Source of the DNA: an uncultured Acidobacteriota bacterium
Lineage (GTDB): Bacteria > Acidobacteriota > Thermoanaerobaculia > Multivoradales > UBA5704
Length of the DNA: 64,000 bases
Reading direction: 5' to 3'
Assembly (NCBI GenBank): GCA_963770895.1
Contig: CAVYRF010000001.1
Span: forward strand, 832,001 to 896,000
The notes under the pieces were generated by a model. That model was not told the origin of the DNA. It worked only from the letters and a program-made list of their open reading frames with translations, and did not search any database. Positions within the stretch are counted from its first letter, which is position 1. The number at the start of each line of letters is the position of its first letter. A program made the translations under genes and the position numbers. Below are positions 18,047 to 27,381 of this stretch, in pieces.

Positions 18047-19257
18047 GCGCGGTCAGCTTTCCCGGCGCTCCCTTCGCTCTGGCGGGCCGCTACGTTCGCT
18101 TCGTCACCGGATTCAGCGTCGGCGTCGGCATTGGGCTGGCCTTCTACCTGGGCAAGATCCACGTGCCGGGCTTCGCCGCCCTGCTGGAGGTCATTCCTTT
18201 CCAGCTGCGAGACGCCCTGATCCCGCTCTCCACCTTCCTGGTGGGTTTGATCGCCGTGTTCGTGCAGTTCTACGCCGGCGAGGCCATGAAGGCGGGCCGC
18301 ATCCGATCGCTTTTCGCTGCCGGCATGGCCACCGTGGTGACGGGATTCATCCTGTTTACGCTGCTCGGCGCCCTGTTCGTCACCAGGCAGAGGTTCGGCG
18401 CGCAGACCGTCGGCGTGGTCACCGCCGCCACGCGCCTGCCAGGCTGTGAGTGCGGCCCGGAAAGCAAGGTCAACGACAAGGCCTGCATCCAGCAGCTATC
18501 CCTGGCCGAGGATGCCCTGGCCAGCTGCTGGGGAGGCCGCTCGCTGCAGCTCAGGGAGCTGTCGCTGTCCCTGACCTACCTGCTCCTCATCGGCGGCTTC
18601 GCCTGGCTGGTGGGGCTGCTCCTGCTCCGCGACGAGGCCCGGCGGCGGCGGCCACGACTCGCGGCCGGCGCGGCGCACGCCGGGCAGATGGATCACTTTC
18701 CAGAGGTTGCCCTGGATCCATCTCCGAGCGTTGCCAGCAAGATCATCGCTGCAATGCGGCCAAAGGTGTTTGTGAGCTATAGCCACGTGGATGAAGAGTG
18801 GAAACAGCGCCTCGCCGGTCACCTCCGGGTCCTGGATCTGGAGGGTTTGCTCGAGGTCTGGGACGACGGGCGGATCGGCGCCGGAAGCTCTTGGGAAGCC
18901 GACATCCGAACGGCCATGAGCCAGGCGCGAGTGGCCGTCCTGCTGGTGTCCAAGGACTTCCTGACCTCCGCCTTCGTGAGGTCTGTCGAAGCGCCGTTCC
19001 TCCTTGAGCAGCGTGGCAGAGGCGCGCTCACGATCGTGCCGGTCATCGTCCATTCCTGCCCGTGGCAGAGCGTCGCATGGCTCGCGTCCTTGGAGGTGCG
19101 GCCTCGCGGTGGCGAGCCCCTCTCTTCCTATCGCGGCGACCGCGTCGACCGAGAGCTGACGACGATCGCGGAGGAGATTCGCGACCTTCTCCGGCCGGGC
19201 GAGCTGCCGCTCTCCGCCAACGGGCATCAGGGACCTTCGGCGGCTTCGCACGCTTGA
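18043..19257 (+). CDS. Multi-pass membrane protein with a C-terminal TIR domain
   Basis: About 4 hydrophobic helices and a Cys-rich loop. TIR motifs KVFVSYSHVD, VWDD.RIGAG.SW and LLVSKDFLTSAFVRSVE. Confidence 0.85.
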   Translation: MSAVSFPGAPFALAGRYVRFVTGFSVGVGIGLAFYLGKIHVPGFAALLEVIPFQLRDALIPLSTFLVGLIAVFVQFYAGEAMKAGRIRSLFAAGMATVVTGFILFTLLGALFVTRQRFGAQTVGVVTAATRLPGCECGPESKVNDKACIQQLSLAEDALASCWGGRSLQLRELSLSLTYLLLIGGFAWLVGLLLLRDEARRRRPRLAAGAAHAGQMDHFPEVALDPSPSVASKIIAAMRPKVFVSYSHVDEEWKQRLAGHLRVLDLEGLLEVWDDGRIGAGSSWEADIRTAMSQARVAVLLVSKDFLTSAFVRSVEAPFLLEQRGRGALTIVPVIVHSCPWQSVAWLASLEVRPRGGEPLSSYRGDRVDRELTTIAEEIRDLLRPGELPLSANGHQGPSAASHA

Positions 19258-19384
19258 TCCCGGCAGCGCCACCGGCGCGCGGCCTTGGCGCCGCGGCCGG
19301 TCACGCTCTGCGCGCCAGGCGCACCCTGTTTTATGAAGCGCCGATCGAGCCGCCGGGCGGCCGGCGCCGTCAGTGGGTGGGCGC

Positions 19385-20413
19385 ATGATCCTGATCCTCA
19401 GCCAGGCGACACAGGAAGCGACGACCGATTTCGTCATGGACTGGCTGGAGTGCCTGGGGGCGCCCTGCACGCGGCTCAACGCGGAAGACCTGGACCCGCA
19501 ATCCGCGTTCTCGTACCGGCTCACGCGGGCGGGTGCCCAGGTCGCCTTGACCAGCCGCGCCGGGGAGAGCTGGTCCCTGCCGCTCGACCAGGTGCGCGCC
19601 GTCTGGCACCGGCGTTGGCCGCGCCAGCGCTATCAGGGCGAAGGCGCGATGATCGACGCGCGCCTCGGGATCGCCGAGCAGGCGCGCCTGCGGTTGGTGC
19701 AGCACCTCAACCTGGAGCTGCGCAAGCTCGGCGAGGCCGTCCTGGAACGCCTTCGCGGCCGGCCGTGGCTGAGCGACCCCGGCACGGCGAGCCCCAACAA
19801 GCTGCTGGTGCTCGAGCGCGCCGCGGCCGCCGGCCTGGACATCCCGGCCACCCTGGTGACCACGCGCCGCGACGATCTGGCGCGCTTCGCCGCCGACTGT
19901 GGGCCGCTCATCACCAAGCCGATCGGCGAGGCGGCCGGGATCTTTCTCGACCAGCGGATCCACTCCCTGCACACGCTGGCCGTCGAACCCGAGCAGATCG
20001 CGGCGCTGCCCCAGGTCTTTCCCGCCTCGCTCTTCCAGGAGCTCCTGGCGAAGCGCTACGAGCTGCGGGTCTTCTACCTGGCGGGCGAGTGCCATGCCAT
20101 GGCCATCTTCTCGCAGCGCGACGAGCAGACGCGGATCGACTTCCGGCGTTACAACCACGCGCGCCCGAACCGCACCGTGCCCTACCGCCTGCCGGCAGCG
20201 GTCGCGGCCAGGATCGACGCTTTGATGCGCGACCTCGGCCTCGAAACCGGCTCGCTCGACCTGGTGAAGACCCTCGACGGGCGCACGGTCTTCCTGGAGG
20301 TGAACCCGGTCGGCCAGTTCACCATGGTGTCCCGGCCCTGCAACTACCAGCTGGAGCGCCGGGTGGCCCAGGTCCTGATCCAGAAAGCGGCGGGTGGTGA
20401 TGGAGCCGCCTGA
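19385..20413 (+). CDS. gwsG: Grasp-with-SPASM system ATP-grasp peptide maturase
   Basis: MILILSQ...TTDFVMDWL, NKLLVLERA..AGL.IPATLVT, ITKPI, FQE...K.YELRVFY, GSLDL and FLEVNPVGQF. Confidence 0.9.
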   Translation: MILILSQATQEATTDFVMDWLECLGAPCTRLNAEDLDPQSAFSYRLTRAGAQVALTSRAGESWSLPLDQVRAVWHRRWPRQRYQGEGAMIDARLGIAEQARLRLVQHLNLELRKLGEAVLERLRGRPWLSDPGTASPNKLLVLERAAAAGLDIPATLVTTRRDDLARFAADCGPLITKPIGEAAGIFLDQRIHSLHTLAVEPEQIAALPQVFPASLFQELLAKRYELRVFYLAGECHAMAIFSQRDEQTRIDFRRYNHARPNRTVPYRLPAAVAARIDALMRDLGLETGSLDLVKTLDGRTVFLEVNPVGQFTMVSRPCNYQLERRVAQVLIQKAAGGDGAA

Positions 20414-20606
20414 GTCGCTCTTCGCAAGCCTCACCGAGGAGGGCAAGGAGCGGGTGCCGGTCGATATCCGCTGGCTGCCGCCCGGCGAGCCGGCGGGGGA
20501 CGTCCCTGCGCGTACCGCCCACAGCACCTTCCACCGCTCGCGCGGCTACCTGTGCCATGACTACCACAAGCCCATCTCCCGGTGCTTCCCTGAGCGCCGG
20601 CGCTGA
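20400..20606 (+). CDS. Small ORF between gwsG and gwsS; possible second precursor or leader-like peptide
   Basis: Fills the 143-nt gap and overlaps both neighbours. ESLFASLTEEGKERV resembles the leader of the 21677 precursor. Confidence 0.4.
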   Translation: MEPPESLFASLTEEGKERVPVDIRWLPPGEPAGDVPARTAHSTFHRSRGYLCHDYHKPISRCFPERRR

Positions 20607-21648
20607 GCCGGTGTTCCGGCTGTACGCCTGCTGCGTGCCGGTGCGCGGGGCGCGGCGCAGCGTCGTCTGCGATCTCGGCCGCCAGACCTATCGCTTTATT
20701 CCCAACGGGCTGTTCGACATCCTGACCGAGCATCGCGACAAGACCCTGGCGGCGATCAAGCTGCATTTCGATCACCAGGACGACCGACAGATCGACAGTT
20801 ACTTCGCCATGCTGCTCGACGAAGAGCTGGGCTTCTGGTGCGACGAACCCGAAGCGTTTCCGCCGCTCGACCTCACCTGGCAAGCCCCCGAACGCATCAC
20901 CAACGCCATCCTGGACATCGACCAGCGGTCGGCGCACGACTACGCGGCGATCCTCGCGCAGCTCGACGACCTCGGGTGCAAGGCGCTCCAGGTGCGCTGC
21001 TTCACCGTCCTGGACGAGGCGGCGGTCGAGCGCCTGCTGGCGCCGACGACGCACGGCCGCCTGCGCTCGATCGAGCTGCTGCTGCCGCACGCTCCGGGCC
21101 TCACCGGCCAGGCGCTGGCGGAGATCTGCGGGCGCCACCCGCGCATCTGCCGGATCACCGTCCATTCGGCGCCGGGCGACGACAGCCGGCAGCTGCCGGG
21201 CACCACCGTCACCATCGAGCACCGCCGCGAGGTGATCGATTCGCCGGCCTGCTGCGGCTGCGTGCACGCCAGCTGGTTTGCATCCAATATCGACACCTTC
21301 GTCGAGGCCCAGCAGCACAACAGCTGTCTCAACCGCAAGCTCGCCGTGGACGCGCGCGGCGAGATCAGGAACTGCCCCTCGCTCGGCCGCTCCTTCGGCA
21401 ACGTGCGCGAGGTGTCGCTGCACGCCGCCGTCGCGCACCGCGATTTCGCGGCGCTATGGAAGATCAACAAAGACCAGATCGAAGTCTGCCGCGACTGTGA
21501 GTTCCGCTACATGTGCGTCGACTGCCGCGCCTACCTGAGCCGCCCCGACGACCGGTACTCCAAGCCGGCGAAGTGCGGCTACGACCCCTACACCGCCCGC
21601 TGGCAGGGCATCACCGGGCAGGAGAGTGGCGTTCCTGCCTCATCCTGA
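20557..21648 (+). CDS. gwsS: Grasp-with-SPASM system SPASM-domain peptide maturase
   Basis: FRLYACCVPVRGARRSVVCDL, CCG, NSCLNRK...GEIRNCPS, W.I.KDQIEVCRDCEFRYMCVDCR and KCGYDPY. No radical-SAM CxxxCxxC motif. Confidence 0.92.
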   Translation: MTTTSPSPGASLSAGAEPVFRLYACCVPVRGARRSVVCDLGRQTYRFIPNGLFDILTEHRDKTLAAIKLHFDHQDDRQIDSYFAMLLDEELGFWCDEPEAFPPLDLTWQAPERITNAILDIDQRSAHDYAAILAQLDDLGCKALQVRCFTVLDEAAVERLLAPTTHGRLRSIELLLPHAPGLTGQALAEICGRHPRICRITVHSAPGDDSRQLPGTTVTIEHRREVIDSPACCGCVHASWFASNIDTFVEAQQHNSCLNRKLAVDARGEIRNCPSLGRSFGNVREVSLHAAVAHRDFAALWKINKDQIEVCRDCEFRYMCVDCRAYLSRPDDRYSKPAKCGYDPYTARWQGITGQESGVPASS

Positions 21649-21676
21649 GAACCGTACACCAACCGGAGAAACGATC

Positions 21677-21835
21677 ATGGAAAAGAAGCCCCTGGAAAGC
21701 CTCGACAACGACCTCTTCAAGACCGTCCCCGAGCACGAGCTGGGACGTGTGGCGGCCGGCTACATCGTCAGTTCCGGCGGCAGCTACGAACACACCGTCA
21801 TCCACGGTGTCGTCGACGTCGAATACGAAGATTAA
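21677..21835 (+). CDS. Putative graspetide precursor, 52 aa
   Basis: GGAG RBS. Sequence MEKKPLESLDNDLFKTVPEHELGRVAAG/YIVSSGGSYEHTVIHGVVDVEYED, directly downstream of gwsS. Confidence 0.75.
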   Translation: MEKKPLESLDNDLFKTVPEHELGRVAAGYIVSSGGSYEHTVIHGVVDVEYED

Positions 21836-21883
21836 CCGGCCGCAGGCAACCTGACCGGCGCCGCTCGCGCCGGCTCTTCTCCA

Positions 21884-21917
21884 GCGCGGGAGCGGTCCGC
21901 CACGGCCGCTCCCGCGC
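21884..21917. terminator. Hairpin between the convergent precursor and amt genes
   Basis: gcgcgggagcgg-N10-ccgctcccgcgc. Confidence 0.5.
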
Positions 21918-21926
21918 CGTTCCGGC

Positions 21927-23174
21927 TCAAATCGGCTCCGGGTAGGCGATCTCGCCGTGGAGGGCGCTGTCGAGGCCGACGACCTCGTCCTGGGCGCCGA
22001 CCCTGACCGGCGTGATCTTGTCGATCAGCCAGAGCATCCCCAGGGTGAAGCCGAAGGCCCAGACCGACGAGATCGCCACGGCGCCCAGCTCGACCAGGAA
22101 GAAGTGCGAGTTGCCGCGCAGCAGACCGTCGACGCCGGCCGGGTTGAACGCCGTCGTCGCGAAGACGCCGCACAGGACGATGCCCAGGAAGCCGCCGACT
22201 CCGTGGACGCCCCAGACGTCCAGCGCGTCGTCCCACCCCAGCCGGTTCTTGAGCGCCACGGCGTAGAAGCAGACGCCGCCCGCGATCAGCCCGATCAGGC
22301 AGGCTGCCGCCGGCGAGACGTAGCCGGCGGCCGGGGTGATGGTGGCCAGTCCCGCCACGGCGCCGGTCAGCAGGCCGAGGAAGCGGGGCCGCTTGCCGGT
22401 CAGCCAGTCGATGCCGAGCCAGGCGACCGCCGCGAAGCTGGCGGCAAGGTCGGTGTTGAGAAACGCCACCGCGGTCACCGAGTCGACGCGGAACTCGCTG
22501 CCGGCGTTGAAGCCGTACCAGCCGAACCACAGCAGGCCCGTGCCGAGCGCGACCAATGGAATCGAGTGCGGCTCGCGATCCTCCACGTGGCGTTTGCCGA
22601 CGAAGAGCACCGACGCCAGCGCCGCGATCCCCGCGATGTTGTGGACCACGATGCCGCCGGCGAAGTCGAGCACTCCCCAGCGCGCCAGCAGTCCGCCGCC
22701 CCAGATCATGTGGACAAACGGGAAATAGACGAACAGCAGCCAGCAGGTCAGAAACAGCGTGTAGGCCTTGAACGTCACCCGGTTGGTGAACGCGCCGGTG
22801 ATCAGCGCCGGCGTGATGATCGCGAACATCATCTGGTAGGCGCAGAACACGAACATCGGGATCGTCGGATTGATCGGCGACGGAGTATCGAGAGTGATGC
22901 CGCGCAGGAACATCCAGTGGAAGTTACCGATCACGCCGCCCAGGTCGGTGCCGCTCTTGAGATCGCCGCTGAAGCACATCGAGAAGCCGCACAGCCACCA
23001 CAGCATCGTCGTCCACCCCATCGAGACGAAGCTTTGGATCATGATGGCCAGGACGTTCTTGCGGCCGACCAGGCCGCCGTAGAAGAACGCGAGGCCCGGC
23101 GTCATCAGCATGACCAGGCTGCTGCACAGCAGCATGAAGGCGGTATTTCCGGTGTCGAGCGCCAGGTGGGGCAT
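21927..23174 (-). CDS. amt: Ammonium transporter
   Basis: LMTPGLAFFYGG, YQMMFAIITPALITGA, DFAGGIVVH, LWFGWYGFNAGS and DDALDVWGVHG. Confidence 0.97.
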   Translation of the reverse strand: MPHLALDTGNTAFMLLCSSLVMLMTPGLAFFYGGLVGRKNVLAIMIQSFVSMGWTTMLWWLCGFSMCFSGDLKSGTDLGGVIGNFHWMFLRGITLDTPSPINPTIPMFVFCAYQMMFAIITPALITGAFTNRVTFKAYTLFLTCWLLFVYFPFVHMIWGGGLLARWGVLDFAGGIVVHNIAGIAALASVLFVGKRHVEDREPHSIPLVALGTGLLWFGWYGFNAGSEFRVDSVTAVAFLNTDLAASFAAVAWLGIDWLTGKRPRFLGLLTGAVAGLATITPAAGYVSPAAACLIGLIAGGVCFYAVALKNRLGWDDALDVWGVHGVGGFLGIVLCGVFATTAFNPAGVDGLLRGNSHFFLVELGAVAISSVWAFGFTLGMLWLIDKITPVRVGAQDEVVGLDSALHGEIAYPEPI

Positions 23175-23317
23175 CGGACTCCTCCGCAGATTGTTGGTTG
23201 GGACCCGCGATCTGGCTGCAACCTATCCCACTTCCGATGCGCCGCCAAGCGAACGGGCGCCGCCCGCTATTGCCCGCCGCGGCTTTGACCGGGCAGGCGC
23301 TCGCCAGCCCGGCCCGC

Positions 23318-24679
23318 TCAGGCCAGGGGCGGCGGCTTGTGCTTCGGCGCATCCGGCGTGCTCGGCGGCGGCGTGCTCTTCGGCGCGGCGGTCGGCTTCG
23401 GTGGCGACTTGGCCGGCGATCCGTTTTGGGATGCCTTGCCCGAGCCGGAGCTGCCCTCGGATGCCGGCGGCTTGCTGGATGCGGAGCTCTCCTGCGGCGG
23501 CTTGCTGGCAGCTGCCTTTTCCTGGGCCGGTTTGCCGGCGCCGGTGTTGCCCTGGGACGGCTTGGTCGAGCGAGCAGTGGCCTGGGGCTGGGGCTGCCTG
23601 GTCGTAGCCGCATTGCCTTGCGGCAGCTTGCCGGATCGGGCGTTGCCGCTGGAACCGTTCGTGCGGCTGGCATTGAAGTCGCCTCTGGACGTGGTATCGC
23701 TACGGCCGGAGGCGCCGCCGCTCGCACCACCCAGGTGACTGGGCGCCGGGACGACGGGGGGGTAGAACTTGCTTTGCGACACGGTCGCAAAGGAGCGGCT
23801 GCCATGTTGCACGGCCACCTGGTCGTGAAGGGCTCTGCCAAACTCGCCGGGCAGGGCCTGCGAAGCGCGGGCGATCACCGCCGGCTGGTAGAAGGCGCCG
23901 TGCCCACCCAGCGGGCCGGCCCCTGCAAGAGAAGCGACGGGCACCGGGGTGACCGGCCGCCCGGTGACCTGCGCGACGGTCTGCGCGCTGACGCCGACGT
24001 TGACGATGTGGTGGTTGACCACCGTGTAGCCGGTGACGTTGCCAGCACGACGGTAGATCGCCTCGTTCTGCCCCGGTGCCAGGATCAAGCCGCCGAGGCG
24101 GGGAGCCAGAATGTCGCGCTCGCCGACGAACATGAAAGAGTCCGGACTGATGACCACACCGCCGAAGGCCAATCCGCCGTCGAACGAAAATCCGACGGTC
24201 GGCGGCAGAGGCGCCCATCCCATGTACCCCCCGCCGGCCCTCCAGGCGACCCACGCCGGCGCCCAGGTGTAACCCGGCACCCACGCCCACCCCGCCTGGC
24301 TGTCATGGAACCAGCGGCCGTAGTGAAAGGCCGCCCAACCCCAGGGCTCGTGGGCCACCCACGCCCAACCCTGATCGGTGTACACCCAGTGGCCGGTGCT
24401 GTAGGGGCGCCAGTCGGACTCGACGCGCGGCACCCAGATCATGCCGTACCCCTCGCGCACCACCCACTGGCCGTAGGGGAATAGCTCCTGGTGGAAATAG
24501 TCGATGCCGGCGGCGACCGGATCGCCCGGCGCGGCGCCATCGGCGCTCTGCGGCTGGTCGTAACCAGGCTGGGCGGCACCACCCTCCCCATTTGCGGGAT
24601 ACGACGGCCCCTGAGCAAAGCCCACGGCCGCGGCGACAAGGCTGCCTGCCACGAGCAGCAGCAAAACCCCTCTGGTCAT
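23318..24679 (-). CDS. Secreted DUF6600-like (Trp-rich) protein with a low-complexity tail
   Basis: Signal peptide; LFPYGQW...WRPYSTGHWVYT..GWAWV..EPWGWAAFHYGRW...WAPAWVAW. Confidence 0.85.
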   Translation of the reverse strand: MTRGVLLLLVAGSLVAAAVGFAQGPSYPANGEGGAAQPGYDQPQSADGAAPGDPVAAGIDYFHQELFPYGQWVVREGYGMIWVPRVESDWRPYSTGHWVYTDQGWAWVAHEPWGWAAFHYGRWFHDSQAGWAWVPGYTWAPAWVAWRAGGGYMGWAPLPPTVGFSFDGGLAFGGVVISPDSFMFVGERDILAPRLGGLILAPGQNEAIYRRAGNVTGYTVVNHHIVNVGVSAQTVAQVTGRPVTPVPVASLAGAGPLGGHGAFYQPAVIARASQALPGEFGRALHDQVAVQHGSRSFATVSQSKFYPPVVPAPSHLGGASGGASGRSDTTSRGDFNASRTNGSSGNARSGKLPQGNAATTRQPQPQATARSTKPSQGNTGAGKPAQEKAAASKPPQESSASSKPPASEGSSGSGKASQNGSPAKSPPKPTAAPKSTPPPSTPDAPKHKPPPLA

Positions 24680-24739
24680 GGTTCACGTCCTCCACAGAGC
24701 CGCGCACACGAAGAGCTTCCGACGGACCGCATGGTCCGC

Positions 24740-24754
24740 GCACGGAGCGTGCCA
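24740..24754 (-). promoter_or_regulatory. Putative sigma-54 promoter for the DUF6600 gene
   Basis: Minus strand TGGCACG-CTCC-GTGC with exact GG-N10-GC spacing, about 60 nt before the ATG. An AT-rich tract lies at 24815-24845. Confidence 0.55.
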
Positions 24755-24890
24755 GGAATCGATGATCCCTTTATAAGCGAAACAGGGGCGACGGTCAATC
24801 GGCTGGCAGCCGCTAATTTATGAATTTAACGTATATTATTGTATGCCTTGTCGGAGAATGATCTCCGCCGAGCTCTCGGAGGAACGCATC

Positions 24891-25088
24891 ATGCGCAACC
24901 TATTCCGCGGTGTGGCGCTGGTCGCCATTCTCTTATCGGCCCTCGCGGGTGGATCGGTGGCCGCCAGCAGCCCATCCGCACCGGCGAGAGCGTGCGTTGG
25001 GGGAGGACACTGTTCTCTTAGCGGCCAGTCATGCATCACCACCTGCCCTGCCTATATGGGCAAATCGCAGCACTGCGTCTGTTCCTGA
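24891..25088 (+). CDS. Small secreted 6-Cys peptide, 65 aa
   Basis: GGAGG RBS and signal peptide. Mature part ACVGGGHCSLSGQSCITTCPAYMGKSQHCVCS. Confidence 0.7.
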   Translation: MRNLFRGVALVAILLSALAGGSVAASSPSAPARACVGGGHCSLSGQSCITTCPAYMGKSQHCVCS

Positions 25089-25356
25089 TGCAAGGACACC
25101 GGCGGGGAGCTGCGGCTCCTCCTGCAGCTCCCGCCAACATCTGCGCGGAATCGGCGTTCGGTATCAACGACGATCCGCGGCCCGATTCCCCCTCACTCTC
25201 GAGCTAACGGCCGGCGATGTGGATGAGGCGCGGCGCGGCCCTCCACATCGCAACCCACCACCGACCCGCGCCGCGGCCGCGGGGCACCTGCGCGGTGGCC
25301 GTGCGCGCCGCCGCGGTACAATGTGGCCCTCGCAACGACCTGGGAGAGGCGCCGTC

Positions 25357-25878
25357 ATGTGGTGCATCGGCGAAGAGGAGTCGCGTCAGTGGTGTCTGGG
25401 GCGCGGGATCAAGCTCAATGGCAAAGGCGTACCGATCGCTGATGAGGACTGGCAGGGCGACACCTTTTCCTTGCGGGAGGCATGGCCGAGCCTGACGGGG
25501 TTCAGCCGGATGCTGGCCACGCAGCTGGAGCCCTTTGACGAATGCCTGCTCTGGGTGACGCAATGGGGTGTTTTCCCCTCGAGCGAGAACCTGCATCTTT
25601 TCTATCGCATGCGCAATGGCTATGGCGAAAACCGTCAGCTGTTTCATGCGCCCGGGCACCTGTTCTTGAAACACGAGCGTGCTGATCTCGCAACATTCAT
25701 TCAGCTGAGCGTCATCAACTGTTGGGACTTCTACCTGGCGCCGGCACCGTCGTGGAAGGGAGCCTTCGTGAGCCACGACGAAGCCGTGGACTTCTATGCA
25801 GACGACGTCGATGCGGATGCGCTCAAGACGGTGAGGGCCTGGTTCGCGAAGGATTCCGCGCCGGCGCCGGCGCCTTGA
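25357..25878 (+). CDS. Hypothetical protein, 173 aa
   Basis: GGAGAGG upstream of the ATG at 25357. Composition looks like a real protein (ECLLWVTQWGVFPSSENLHLFYRMR). Confidence 0.7.
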   Translation: MWCIGEEESRQWCLGRGIKLNGKGVPIADEDWQGDTFSLREAWPSLTGFSRMLATQLEPFDECLLWVTQWGVFPSSENLHLFYRMRNGYGENRQLFHAPGHLFLKHERADLATFIQLSVINCWDFYLAPAPSWKGAFVSHDEAVDFYADDVDADALKTVRAWFAKDSAPAPAP

Positions 25879-25893
25879 CGTTCGAGGAGATCC

Positions 25894-27381
25894 ATGCGGG
25901 TTAGCGGATTGATGGTGGCGGGTCTGGGCGTCCTTGGGGCGGCGATGTCTCCCGCGGTGTCGGTGGGTGCGGCGGCGAGGGCCGCCGTGGCTGCTGGCGC
26001 CATCGTGGCTGCGGGCGACGGCGTGCCGATTCTCCAGCTCCAGCAAAGCCCGCCGGTGCACCCTCCGCCCGCCGCGGCACCGCGCGCGCCGGGTACTTTC
26101 GTCTCCTTCTCGGACCTGCACTTCAATCCGTTCTTCGATCCGTCGCTGGTCGCTCAGCTGGTGCGGGCTGACGCGGGCCGTTGGCCGGGGATCTTCGAGC
26201 GCTCGACGGTCACAGGTGTCGGCGGCTATGGCAACGATTCCAACTATGCGCTGCTGAAATCGGCGTTGGCAGCCGCGCGGGAGGCGGCGCCGGCGCCCGA
26301 CTTCGTCTTCATCTCGGGCGACTTTCTGGGTCATCACTTCCCGGCGCTGTTCGCCAGGAACGTGCCGGGATCCAGCAACGCAGCGTACCGGCGATTCGTG
26401 CACCGGACGATGCAGTTCGTCACCACGACGATCCGTCAGACCTACCCGCGAGCGCGGATCATCGCGGCGCTCGGCAACAACGACTCGGACTGCGGCGACT
26501 ACCAGCTGCGCGGCGCCAGCCCCTTCCTGGCCAGGCTCGCGCGGCTGTGGCGGCCTCTTGTGGGCCCCGTCCCCGCGTCCTTCGGCCGCACGTTCGCTAT
26601 CGGCGGGTTCTTCAGCGTGCCCCATCCCACCGTGCCGCACATACGGGTGGTGGTGCTGAACACCGTCCTGTTTTCGCCGAAGTACCAGGTCTGCGGCCAG
26701 GGGCGCGACATGAGCGAACCGGAGCTGCAGTGGCTCGACAGCACCCTGCGCGATGCGTCGCGCAGAGGCGACAAGGTCTGGCTGGTCGAGCACATCCCGC
26801 CGGGGATCGACGCCTTCGCCACCCTGGGCGCCAAGGGGCCGTGCCGCGGCGCTGCCGTATCGCTGTGGTGGGCCGACGACCTGTCCAGGTTCTGGCGCAT
26901 CCTGGCCCGGTATCCCGGCGTCGTCACCGCGACCTTCGCCGGGCACACCCACATGGATGAGCTGCGGCTGCCGGAGGGCGGCGGCTTCATCCACGTCACG
27001 CCGGCGGTGAGCCCGCTGTTCGGCAACAATCCCGGTTTCAAGGTCTTCTCCTACAGCAGGGCAGACGGCCAGATCGCCGACGCCCGCACCTACTATCTGA
27101 ATCTGGCGGCGACCGGCGACGCGGCGGGGAAGTGGGCTTTGGAATACGACTTCGCGGACGCCTATGCGCAGCCCGCGATCGACGGCCAGACCGTCCAGGC
27201 AGTGGAGCAGGCGATCGGCGACGACCCGGCGGTCCGCACCCGATACATGACCTGGTACCCGGTCGGCAGCGCCAGCGGCAGCGCCGCCCTGGCACACTGG
27301 CGGGCTTACTGGTGCGCCGCCAAGGCGTTCACGCCCGCTACCTTTGCCGACTGCTACTGCCCGGCCCAGCCGGCCCCATGA
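25894..27381 (+). CDS. Secreted metallophosphoesterase, acid sphingomyelinase-like (SMPDL3-type)
   Basis: SDLHFNP, ISGDFLGH, LGNNDS, HIPPG, AGHTHMD and PAVSP...NNPGF. Confidence 0.88.
   Translation: MRVSGLMVAGLGVLGAAMSPAVSVGAAARAAVAAGAIVAAGDGVPILQLQQSPPVHPPPAAAPRAPGTFVSFSDLHFNPFFDPSLVAQLVRADAGRWPGIFERSTVTGVGGYGNDSNYALLKSALAAAREAAPAPDFVFISGDFLGHHFPALFARNVPGSSNAAYRRFVHRTMQFVTTTIRQTYPRARIIAALGNNDSDCGDYQLRGASPFLARLARLWRPLVGPVPASFGRTFAIGGFFSVPHPTVPHIRVVVLNTVLFSPKYQVCGQGRDMSEPELQWLDSTLRDASRRGDKVWLVEHIPPGIDAFATLGAKGPCRGAAVSLWWADDLSRFWRILARYPGVVTATFAGHTHMDELRLPEGGGFIHVTPAVSPLFGNNPGFKVFSYSRADGQIADARTYYLNLAATGDAAGKWALEYDFADAYAQPAIDGQTVQAVEQAIGDDPAVRTRYMTWYPVGSASGSAALAHWRAYWCAAKAFTPATFADCYCPAQPAP

Noticed and set aside
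18043-21835. TIR gene as part of the grasp-with-SPASM cluster
   Set aside because: Only same-strand adjacency across a 127-nt gap; no coupling or known functional link.
23190-23260. Expected sigma-54 promoter or glnK gene next to amt
   Set aside because: The TTGCA is not preceded by GG at the required spacing, and there is no PII ORF.
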